From positions 1 through 64,000 of IMG/VR virus record IMGVR_UViG_2937884906_000001: DNA of 64,000 nt. One strand, written 5' to 3'. The number at the start of each line of letters is the position of its first letter. The stretch's first letter is position 1. The stretch comes from a virus (Duplodnaviria > Caudoviricetes). Below, piece by piece: positions 43,824 to 52,102 of this stretch. The notes below the pieces were generated by a model. That model searched no databases. It saw only the letters and a list, made by a program, of their open reading frames with translations, and was not told the origin of the DNA. Made by a program: the position numbers and the translations under genes.

Positions 43824-44343
43824 AAGTCACCCCGAGGGCCGTATCGAGTCTTCGGACAATGGCGTCGTCGACCTGGTCCCCGAGCTGGATATGAGCACCG
43901 GTGACGATCCGGCGCGTTTCCTCCGAGAGGTTGGTCGCCGGCTCGGGATATTCCCTGCCCGTCATCTCAACCGTGCATGCGATCAAGCCGAGATCCTCGG
44001 CCGCCTGGCCGCGCTTCAGGCCCGTGAGAGTGTCCGTCTGGCTCGCGTGTCGCTTCCAGACCAGGTCGGCCAGCACCTGGAATAGCCTGAAGGTGAATTG
44101 TTCGCCGTATGGCGAGTAGCCGTTGTTGGCGACGATGAAGCGCCGGTTCTGCTCATCCAGGATGATGTCGCGCGGCTTGACGACGCCCGCGGTGATCGTG
44201 CGGAGCATCAGCCGTGGCGATGAGAAGTCGTAGGTCGGGACCTTGCCCTCGTCGACCGGCATGATGGTGCCATTGAAGGGCTGACCGTTTTCCTTGTAGA
44301 TCAGCGTCTGGAAACGGCGAGCGGCTGTGTGGAGGCTGGCCAT
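43807..44343 (-). CDS. putative head-tail stopper
   Basis: 178 aa beta-rich; positional. Confidence 0.55.
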   Translation of the reverse strand: MASLHTAARRFQTLIYKENGQPFNGTIMPVDEGKVPTYDFSSPRLMLRTITAGVVKPRDIILDEQNRRFIVANNGYSPYGEQFTFRLFQVLADLVWKRHASQTDTLTGLKRGQAAEDLGLIACTVEMTGREYPEPATNLSEETRRIVTGAHIQLGDQVDDAIVRRLDTALGVTYAEIR

Positions 44344-44346
44344 ATC

Positions 44347-45054
44347 TCACCCCGTGATCGGATCGGCGTCGGTCGTGGTGATCAGGATGGCGTAACCCGG
44401 GTCGATCACCGGGTTGATGATCGCCAGGGCGGCCGATAGACGGCCCTCGGCGGCCTTCTTCAGTTCGGAGAAGTCCTTGCGGGCATTCCGCTTGAAGCTG
44501 AGCGCCCCGTCCGTCTCTTCCTGGGCCACGCGGTTGGAGAGCGAAGGAATGATGTCCAGCACGGCCCGGTACAGGACCGCCTCGTTCGCGCGCACCTCGG
44601 CCTCTTCGCCGGAGGTCAGGGCAGCAGCCAAGGTTGTGCGGGTGACCTGAAATTCAAGGTTCAGGAGCGCGGCCGAGAGATCGACGTCTTCGTCCGGCAG
44701 CTCGCTTTCGTTCACGCCCAAAAATGAGCGCACGTCCTTTGGCTGGACGGAGTAAAGGATTTTCGGCACCAGCCGATACGTCGTCACGGAGTCAAATGGG
44801 ATGCCGCCCCGCTGGGCACTCACGCGCACAACGCGCCGGGAGAACGACGTGGAGATCTCGTTGTGCTCGGCGGGAACCGTCACGACCAGCACGGCGTCGG
44901 TCGGGCCGGTGGTGAGATCCTGCGTGAAGAGGACAGCCCCATCCGGACCTGTCACCGACAGCACTGCCGTCCCGGTATCCGGGACGGCAGGCTGGCCGTT
45001 GTAGGTCAGGTTGACAGGAAGGGTTACATCCCCGCCGGCCTCAAAGGTACGCAT
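44347..45054 (-). CDS. putative head-tail adaptor
   Basis: DVRSFLGV...ELPDED helical domain after Ig-like N-terminus; positional. Confidence 0.6.
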   Translation of the reverse strand: MRTFEAGGDVTLPVNLTYNGQPAVPDTGTAVLSVTGPDGAVLFTQDLTTGPTDAVLVVTVPAEHNEISTSFSRRVVRVSAQRGGIPFDSVTTYRLVPKILYSVQPKDVRSFLGVNESELPDEDVDLSAALLNLEFQVTRTTLAAALTSGEEAEVRANEAVLYRAVLDIIPSLSNRVAQEETDGALSFKRNARKDFSELKKAAEGRLSAALAIINPVIDPGYAILITTTDADPITG

Positions 45055-45398
45055 CAGGCTTCGTCTTCCGGGCTGGGGATTTCGTCTTCCTTGGCCTTCC
45101 GACCTCCGCGCTTCTTCTTGACCGGCTGGTCGACCGCCTCGGTGCCGAACTCGGCCATGAAGGCGTCGATCGCGAACTGCATGTCGCCTTCGGCCTCCTT
45201 CACGTAGGCGACGAAGTCTTCGTCGGTCGCCTCGGGCTTGAGCTCGGCAATGATCCGAACCTGGCCGCGGCCAATACGGTCCTGGATGAAATGGGAGTTC
45301 TCGACGACGCTGGGCCGGCGGGCATGAATGCGCTGGCCCTTGTGGGCCAGGTCGTGGAGCTGGAAAGAGCCCTTGGTTTCAGCAAGCAATTTGATCAT
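45054..45398 (-). CDS. hypothetical virion-associated protein
   Basis: Follows capsid gene; basic/acidic C-terminal tail. Confidence 0.6.
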   Translation of the reverse strand: MIKLLAETKGSFQLHDLAHKGQRIHARRPSVVENSHFIQDRIGRGQVRIIAELKPEATDEDFVAYVKEAEGDMQFAIDAFMAEFGTEAVDQPVKKKRGGRKAKEDEIPSPEDEA

Positions 45399-45412
45399 GA
45401 TTTTCCTCACAC

Positions 45413-45445
45413 CGAAAAGAGCCCGCCGCCTCTAGGGCGGCGGGC
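45413..45445 (-). terminator. intrinsic terminator after major capsid gene
   Basis: - strand GCCCGCCGCC-CTAGA-GGCGGCGGGC-TCTTTT. Confidence 0.85.
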
Positions 45446-45453
45446 CTGGGTTC

Positions 45454-46653
45454 TTAGTCGTCGGTGCTGTCGTAGTCGAAGATCGACCGGGTGTCGGAGA
45501 AGGCCAGCTTGTAGCCGGTGTTCTCGGACTTGGTGAACGTGATCGACTGGTTGGTGATCGCGCGTTCGGTCTCCTCGATCTGCGAGCCGCCCTCGTTCAG
45601 CTCTTCCAGCGTGTCGCCGCGCGACATGCCCAGGAGCTGCTTGGCCGGAGCCGAGGACGACAGGGCGAAGTTGACCGTGCCACGCAGGATCGGCACGCCA
45701 CCGATCTGGAAGCCCGAGGCCGCCAGGTTCTCTGCGTCGGTGCGGTTCGCATTCGACGTCGGGATGGCGAACAGCAGCAGCCAGTCGATGTAGGTGTCCC
45801 AGTTGCCGATGACGGTGTCGACCGGGATGCCAGCCTGAGCGCGAGCCACGAGCCAGCGGAGCAGCGCCTCGTAGTTCAGCTTCTTGTCGGCAGCGGTGGA
45901 CACGAAGTCCTTCTGCTTAACGACAGGAGCGGCCGGGTTGACGCCGTCGCCATTGATCAGGATGTGGGTCGCCGAACGAACCTTCGACAGCTCCTTCTCA
46001 CGGTCCATACGGTTGACATAGGGCACCAGCGTCTCGATGCTGGCGCGACGATCGAACTCGTACGAGAAGCGGTAGCCGCCGCCGTGCTTGTAGAACTTGA
46101 CGCTCTGTTCGGACAGACGGATCGTCTTGACCGGGAAGCGGCCGAGTTCGGCGACAGCCGACACGACCTGGTAATCGTCGGCCTTGTCGTCGACGACGGT
46201 CGAGATCAGCTCGACGCCGGACATCGTGCGGCTCGAACCCACGATAGCAGCGGTCGTCTCCAGCGTGTCCTGGCGGAACTTCCAACGGACGACGTCGTCG
46301 ACGACTTCCGGGAAGATGGCGCGGACGCCGGGGAACGTCTGGAACGTGTCCGACGCAGCTTCCAGCACGATGCCGCGCTCGAAGTCGTTCTGGATCGGCA
46401 GGTTCAGGTAGGCCAGCGAGGCCTCGTAGCCCGAGAGATAGCCGCGGTCGTCGCGGTAGCGCTTGTCGGCTTCCTCGGAACCGCGCACGTCGATCGCGAG
46501 GTTGAGGTAGTCGCGCATGCCGAGGCCAAAGGACTTGGCTTCCGACAGGATTTTCTGGCCGGCGCCCTTCGACGCCTGGGCGTCTTCGTGCTTCAGCGAG
46601 GCGAGAGCTTCCACACCCCGACGCTTGACCTGAGAGAGAGGCTTGAATTGCAT
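45454..46653 (-). CDS. major capsid protein (HK97 fold)
   Basis: 399 aa, strongest codon bias, after protease/scaffold and decoration genes, followed by terminator. Confidence 0.85.
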   Translation of the reverse strand: MQFKPLSQVKRRGVEALASLKHEDAQASKGAGQKILSEAKSFGLGMRDYLNLAIDVRGSEEADKRYRDDRGYLSGYEASLAYLNLPIQNDFERGIVLEAASDTFQTFPGVRAIFPEVVDDVVRWKFRQDTLETTAAIVGSSRTMSGVELISTVVDDKADDYQVVSAVAELGRFPVKTIRLSEQSVKFYKHGGGYRFSYEFDRRASIETLVPYVNRMDREKELSKVRSATHILINGDGVNPAAPVVKQKDFVSTAADKKLNYEALLRWLVARAQAGIPVDTVIGNWDTYIDWLLLFAIPTSNANRTDAENLAASGFQIGGVPILRGTVNFALSSSAPAKQLLGMSRGDTLEELNEGGSQIEETERAITNQSITFTKSENTGYKLAFSDTRSIFDYDSTDD

Positions 46654-46685
46654 TGCAGTGTTTCCTCGTTTCGTTCGGGGTTTGA

Positions 46686-47102
46686 TTAGACCTTGACCAC
46701 CACGGCGTAGCTGCCGATGACCTCAGCGACGAAGTTGATGCTGTGGTTCGGAGCGGACGCGCCGGCGTTCTTCAGCGCCTTGACTTCGCCGTTGCCGGCG
46801 CCGACGACGGTGTCGGCAACGGCGACGACCTCGCCCGCCTTGATCGGAAGCAGGTTGGCAAACTGAAGCTCGACGGCACCGATCAGCGAGCCTTCGACGG
46901 AGCGGTTTTCGATGGTCGAGAGGCGGCCGATAATGGTGTCGCCGTCACCGGCCAGCTTGACCTTGTTCGCGCCCGAGGCGTCGAGGGACACAGCCTTGCC
47001 GACGTCAGCGTCGACAATGCCGGTGGCGAGGTTGAAGGTGAGCGACGAGACTTCCCAGTGAAACCCGCGCAGCGTGACGTTCTGATGAGAATAAGTGGCC
47101 AT
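46686..47102 (-). CDS. capsid decoration/cement protein
   Basis: 138 aa Gly/Ala/Val-rich beta protein, GKAV.L...VKLAGDG. Confidence 0.7.
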   Translation of the reverse strand: MATYSHQNVTLRGFHWEVSSLTFNLATGIVDADVGKAVSLDASGANKVKLAGDGDTIIGRLSTIENRSVEGSLIGAVELQFANLLPIKAGEVVAVADTVVGAGNGEVKALKNAGASAPNHSINFVAEVIGSYAVVVKV

Positions 47103-47134
47103 TGGTTCGTTTTCCTGTTGGCTTGCGGTTGCGA

Positions 47135-48277
47135 TTAGCGGCGGGTGCGGAACGACGTGACCACAGGGGATCCCGAGGCTCCGAGGTCACCCTCGGCGCC
47201 CTTGGCGCGACCACCGGCGGTCAGATTGATCTTGGTCTCGTTGATCTTGGCGACGACGTCTTCGATCTTCGCCGGGACCTCGGCGTCGACCTGGCCAGCC
47301 GCCGTCAGGACCTTTTTGCAGATCTCGCGGAGAGCCGCGTCGGCCGCCGTCAGGCTTGCCTCGGTGGCCGTGTGCTTGGTCTTCAGCTCGTCGAGCTCCG
47401 TCTGGATCGCAGGCGCTCCCTGCTTGGCGGTGTCGAGAGCAGCCTTGAGCGTGTCGCGCTCCGAGGTGAGTGCCGTGTTCGTGGCCTTCAGCTGTTCGTT
47501 TTCGATGGCTACCTTCATGCTCTCCTTCTCGGTGGAGCGCAGTTCGGCGAGGAGTTCCTTGACGTCCATGATGGGCTTTTCCCTGATGGTTGCAGTTGCG
47601 GTGAGTGCGAGACGATCGAGAGAGGTCTTCGCGGCCAGCGCCTTCATGTGAGGCGAGAACCGGCTTTGATCGCTGTTCACGATGCGCGCGTTTTGGGCGC
47701 CGCCTTGTCCGACGAGCGAGATCTCGAAGAACGCTTCGAGCCCAACCATCTTGCAGTAGACGCCGTTCTCACCGACCGTGTGCCCGTCAGGCGTGGTGCC
47801 GGTGAAGATGTTTTCGAAGCTGGCATCGGGGCCGAAGAAATCGAAGCCGTCTGCCGAGCAGATCATCTGCTTGGGCAGGATGCCGACTGAGACCTGGTCC
47901 ACGGTGCCGTTGTCGACTTGTTTGATTTTATCCTGATGGGTTTTGTCGATCCACAAAAGGACGCGCAGCTCGGTGTCCTGGCCGTCGAATACCTGGCCGC
48001 GGAAGACGCGGCCAATCGGAAGGTCTGACCCTTCGTGCATGATCTGGACAGGCCGGCTCTCGGTCTCGAGCGCCAGGGCCATTTCCAGGAGAATTGATCG
48101 CTGCGCGACTGCGCCGTTGTAGATCGGGCTGCGCTTGCGCAAAGGGCGGTTATTCAGAGCAATCGCCTCAAAAATCGCGACTTCATCAACCTCCGCGCCG
48201 GCCTCTTTGAGGCGCGCGATGATCTCCGGTGTTTTCGCAATTTGTTTCACGACATACCCTGCGTTGCTGGGTGGCAT
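47135..48277 (-). CDS. head maturation protease / scaffold
   Basis: IMH...PIGR, VSVG, CS.DG, EISLVGQG (herpes-like prohead protease S) then coiled-coil scaffold. Confidence 0.8.
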   Translation of the reverse strand: MPPSNAGYVVKQIAKTPEIIARLKEAGAEVDEVAIFEAIALNNRPLRKRSPIYNGAVAQRSILLEMALALETESRPVQIMHEGSDLPIGRVFRGQVFDGQDTELRVLLWIDKTHQDKIKQVDNGTVDQVSVGILPKQMICSADGFDFFGPDASFENIFTGTTPDGHTVGENGVYCKMVGLEAFFEISLVGQGGAQNARIVNSDQSRFSPHMKALAAKTSLDRLALTATATIREKPIMDVKELLAELRSTEKESMKVAIENEQLKATNTALTSERDTLKAALDTAKQGAPAIQTELDELKTKHTATEASLTAADAALREICKKVLTAAGQVDAEVPAKIEDVVAKINETKINLTAGGRAKGAEGDLGASGSPVVTSFRTRR

Positions 48278-48310
48278 GTCGTGATTTGTTAGTCAGGTCG
48301 CAAACTTCGA

Positions 48311-48329
48311 GTGCAGCACATTGCTGCAC
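48311..48329. promoter_or_regulatory. palindromic operator-like site upstream of protease/capsid genes
   Basis: GTGCAGCA-CAT-TGCTGCAC perfect 8-bp inverted repeat in intergenic gap. Confidence 0.55.
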
Positions 48330-48334
48330 ATTGA

Positions 48335-49780
48335 CTAGTTGCTTCGCGCCGCTTTGCTGCCCTCGGGTGAGAGCGACCGGCCGAGCGGGTCGGAGTTCGG
48401 GCTGACCTCTTCGGCCTTGGTCTTGACGGGTGTCATGAAGCCGGTGCCAGCCATCTCCGGCGCGCTGTCGGGGCGGAGCCGGCCATACATCCACAGGTGA
48501 TATTCATCGTCGGTGATGAGGCCGTCCGACAGGTCCTGACGGAGCCGGCTGGCCTTGAGGGTCAACTGCGGCTCGAGTTCGGTATCTGGGCGCAGCTCGG
48601 CCTTGCGGAACAGGACTTCGACGAAGCCCTGGAAACCCTGCTGGTGCAGGATGAAGGAGAAGGCATTCTGCAGGAGCTCGGCGACGGGTTCGTTGAGCTC
48701 GTCGGCGTTCATGGCGGCGATGCGCGCTTCGACCGAACCTGTGTTGACGCCGGAGGCGCCGCGGCCGATCACGGTCGCCATGGTCTTCAGCGCAGCCTGG
48801 TTCTGGGCATTGAGCGTCTCGATCACAGCCGTGATGTCAACACCGGCGCCAGGCTTGGCGTCATTCATGATGGATGGCTGCACGCTGTCGAAGTGGATCA
48901 GCGGTTGGTCGGAGCGCAGACCTTCGATCACGGCTCGGATCTCGCCCAGGCGGTTCGCCTTCCACTCCCGGAGCTTGACGTCATCGGACTTGATGTTTTC
49001 GGGCGCGTTCTTGGTCAGAACCTCCTCGACCACCTCGACCTGCATGCGCGGGAAGCCCGTCAGGCGCATGATGCGGTAAAGGTCGTTGATTACCTGCTGG
49101 CGGGCGGCGATCGTGTTGATGGACGACACGAAGGTCGAATGCCCATAGATCGAGGTCGGATCCTTGCGGTAGTGCGACACGAAGAAGGTTGGGATGTCGA
49201 GATTGATCTCGTCGTTGGAACCCGAGATCTTCTGGATCGGCTTGTACTCGCCAGGCTTCTTTTCGTACCACTGGACCGTCGACAGGTCGACGTTGCGGAT
49301 GCGATCGGGAAGCAGCTGCTTATCGACGATCAGCTCGGCGGCGATGCCACCGCGGAGCAGGCACATGTAGCGCAGCTCCTCGGCGATCGAGCGCATGGAT
49401 TTCTTCAGCTGGAAGCCCAGCGTGTAATCGGTCGGTCGGCCGATCTTCTCGATGGCCAGCATCAGGCTCTTGGTGGCGTCCCGGTCGATGTTCTGCTCCA
49501 GGTCGCGCGCAAGCACGATCCAGTCGGTGTTCGCCATCGTCAGGTATGCGTTGAGCGCCGCCGAGACGTCGGGATCGAACTTGAACAGGGATTGGAGAAG
49601 GGTTCGGCTGTCGTCCGATTGCCGCGTTGTGAAAAGATCCGTGAGGTGGTCCCGGTATTGCGGAACCGTGAGGACGCGATCCACCTGCTGTGGATTGTAG
49701 GTAGGCGTGGAGGCGGTGCCGCCAACCTTGGCTTTCTTCTTCGCAGGGATGATTGCGCTGAGAAAATCGAAAGCCGCCAC
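48335..49780 (-). CDS. portal protein
   Basis: 481 aa directly after terL; DPDVSAAL; positional. Confidence 0.85.
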   Translation of the reverse strand: MAAFDFLSAIIPAKKKAKVGGTASTPTYNPQQVDRVLTVPQYRDHLTDLFTTRQSDDSRTLLQSLFKFDPDVSAALNAYLTMANTDWIVLARDLEQNIDRDATKSLMLAIEKIGRPTDYTLGFQLKKSMRSIAEELRYMCLLRGGIAAELIVDKQLLPDRIRNVDLSTVQWYEKKPGEYKPIQKISGSNDEINLDIPTFFVSHYRKDPTSIYGHSTFVSSINTIAARQQVINDLYRIMRLTGFPRMQVEVVEEVLTKNAPENIKSDDVKLREWKANRLGEIRAVIEGLRSDQPLIHFDSVQPSIMNDAKPGAGVDITAVIETLNAQNQAALKTMATVIGRGASGVNTGSVEARIAAMNADELNEPVAELLQNAFSFILHQQGFQGFVEVLFRKAELRPDTELEPQLTLKASRLRQDLSDGLITDDEYHLWMYGRLRPDSAPEMAGTGFMTPVKTKAEEVSPNSDPLGRSLSPEGSKAARSN

Positions 49781-49789
49781 AGTATGTCC

Positions 49790-51532
49790 TTATGAAAGTC
49801 CAAGGACAGATGGGGTCTTGAGGCGACTTCTGTAATTCAGTCCTGCATCACTCTGCTGCACCGCTTGAACGAGGCCCAGGATCATCGACATTTGGCGCTC
49901 TTCCTGCTCGTCCTGGCTGGCGATGTAGTCATGGACCCGCAGCGAATGCAGAAGATAGCCAAGCGCGTGGAAGAAGTGGTCATCGCCGGTGAGCTTGACC
50001 CATTTGGCCGGTTGTTCCGGCAACTCGACGCGCACCATGTCCTGAAGGTGTGTCTGGATGATCAGCTTCTTGTTGCCGTAGCCGGCGAAGACGATCTTCT
50101 GGCCGCGGATCATACCGACCGTCTTGTCGATGATCCCGGTGCGGTTGGACGAGACGTGGGTGATGTTGTCCATCTCGTCCTTGATCAAGGTCACCGGGGC
50201 GGCCTTGAGGCTCGTCGAGTATTCGATGGGTATGATGATGCCCTTGGACTCATCCCTGATCTCGCGGGCGAGCGGTGCGTAGGGGTTAAGGTCCATGCCC
50301 CCGGCGACGACGCGATATTGCTGACGGATGTCGGCCAGTGTCTCCTTCAGGTCGTCTGAGGGAACCTGCAGCCATTTAAAAACAACCGGTACCGATAGTC
50401 CCAGATGAGCCACGACAACATGACAGGTCTGACCAACGTCCACACCCACAGCCACTGGAGATCCCAAGGGTACATCTATGGCTCCTTCGCCTTTCATGAC
50501 GGCCTCGATCTCCGGGATGGAGAGGCGGGCATTCGCGTCGTTGTAGGGTTCCCCGAGCACGGTGTTGTACCAACGCCGGATCGAGTTCTTCCGCTTGTAG
50601 TCGAGCAGCTGCTCGACGATGTATTGGACGGACAGACGGGGCGTAGCGAAGGGTCGGACCCAGTATCCGCGGCCGAGCCGGCCGGGGTGGCGGGGCACCC
50701 ACTCACGCTTATCGGGGTCGCCCAGTTCCAGGCGCCGGCCGCAGTGCTCGCACATCATGAAGGCGTTCGAGAAATCGAACTTGGCCGCCATGTCATTGTC
50801 GATTTCGGAGAGATCGTTGAGATCCGACGACAGGCCGGGGATGTGGACGAAACGTGGGCTGAAGACCGGCAGGTTCCAGTGGCCGCAGCCGCACCGGCAG
50901 AGGAACTCATGCTGGTCGGACGCCTTGTAGGAGGAGTCGATGCCGTAGCCCTCGAACGTTGGGGTCGAGAAACCCTGACGCATCTTGATGTCGGAGCCCT
51001 GTAGGCGCGAGCCGTAGAGCGCCAGGATCTCCTGGTCTGTCAGGTCGACCTCGTCGTTGAACATGATGTCGGCGTTGATGGAGGTCGCGTCACCTTCCTT
51101 GCCGCCCGTGATGAAGCCGAAGCTGTCATCGATCTGGTACAGGTCCATCGAGCGCGCTGGTTTCTTCGAAGAGTCTTGCTGATTAAAGACCAGCTCGTCG
51201 TCGACCAGAGGCTTGATGCGTGTTTTTGACACGCGCTTGTACATTTCGTCGTTCGGCAGGCTGAAGATGCCGTTGATGCCGTTCGTTCGCTTGAGAAACG
51301 ACAGAAATTTGCGGATCTGGACCTCTGTCAGGCCCACCTGCGAGCACTTGATCACCGACAGATTGAGGTGCATATCGTCCACGATCTGGCGCTGGAACTC
51401 GTATCCCTTGAACGAAAATGGCTTCTTTCGGAGGCTCGTGTTCGCGCAGATGAACTCCGACATGGACATTTCTGCCCCGTCTTCGGGGAATTTTTGTTGA
51501 AGGCGGGTTAGAAAATCCGCGTAAAGGCTCAT
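49790..51532 (-). CDS. terL: terminase large subunit (lambda GpA-like)
   Basis: IKCSQVGLTE Walker A, FNDEVD Walker B, STPT motif III, Cys clusters, nuclease GVDVG, DDH. Confidence 0.92.
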   Translation of the reverse strand: MSLYADFLTRLQQKFPEDGAEMSMSEFICANTSLRKKPFSFKGYEFQRQIVDDMHLNLSVIKCSQVGLTEVQIRKFLSFLKRTNGINGIFSLPNDEMYKRVSKTRIKPLVDDELVFNQQDSSKKPARSMDLYQIDDSFGFITGGKEGDATSINADIMFNDEVDLTDQEILALYGSRLQGSDIKMRQGFSTPTFEGYGIDSSYKASDQHEFLCRCGCGHWNLPVFSPRFVHIPGLSSDLNDLSEIDNDMAAKFDFSNAFMMCEHCGRRLELGDPDKREWVPRHPGRLGRGYWVRPFATPRLSVQYIVEQLLDYKRKNSIRRWYNTVLGEPYNDANARLSIPEIEAVMKGEGAIDVPLGSPVAVGVDVGQTCHVVVAHLGLSVPVVFKWLQVPSDDLKETLADIRQQYRVVAGGMDLNPYAPLAREIRDESKGIIIPIEYSTSLKAAPVTLIKDEMDNITHVSSNRTGIIDKTVGMIRGQKIVFAGYGNKKLIIQTHLQDMVRVELPEQPAKWVKLTGDDHFFHALGYLLHSLRVHDYIASQDEQEERQMSMILGLVQAVQQSDAGLNYRSRLKTPSVLGLS

Positions 51533-51571
51533 GCGCCTTATATCGGGCTGTTGTTTGCGGAAATCTTCATT

Positions 51572-51586
51572 CTTGTCCTAGAGTAG
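51572..51586. promoter_or_regulatory. conserved phage motif copy between divergent operons (CTTGTCCTAGAGTAG)
   Basis: In the 84-nt gap between terL (-) and 51617 (+); TTGCGG-N18-TAGAGT on +. Confidence 0.65.
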
Positions 51587-51616
51587 TGCGGTCGATGTTC
51601 AAAAAATCGACCCCAC

Positions 51617-52102
51617 ATGAGATACCCCAAACCGGAGTACCTCATGTCCAACTTCTACCCGACCCTGCCGGAGGCGACTGTCCTCCAGTTCAGGGTGGCG
51701 CTGAACCAGTTGCGCGAAAAGCCCGACTATCTGGATCAGTCGCCCTATTCGACCGAAATTCGTGACTTCCTGAAGGAGCTCAATGGCCGCGGTGGTGCGG
51801 CCGAAGCTGTCACCTTCGACGGCGAAGCAGACCGGCTTGATTACGTCGAGCAGGAGATCACCACCGTCCTGGCCGATCTCAAGACGCTCGTCGCCAGCCT
51901 CGGGAACGCCGACCATTCCGAGAAGCTGCAGGTGGCCAAGGCCCGCGCCGGCCTCATCGAGAAGCTGGTCGCGGCCCGCGAGAAGGTCTGGACCATGAAG
52001 GAAATGGCCGATTTCCAGGCCAAGATCGTCGGTTTTCTCGACGAAATCTGCACGCCGGATCAGATCCAGGCGCTGAAAGAGCGCGTGAAAGGGGCCGAAT
52101 GA
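51617..52102 (+). CDS. helical protein, candidate terminase small subunit
   Basis: 161 aa all-alpha, adjacent but divergent to terL; no other TerS candidate seen. Confidence 0.4.
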   Translation: MRYPKPEYLMSNFYPTLPEATVLQFRVALNQLREKPDYLDQSPYSTEIRDFLKELNGRGGAAEAVTFDGEADRLDYVEQEITTVLADLKTLVASLGNADHSEKLQVAKARAGLIEKLVAAREKVWTMKEMADFQAKIVGFLDEICTPDQIQALKERVKGAE

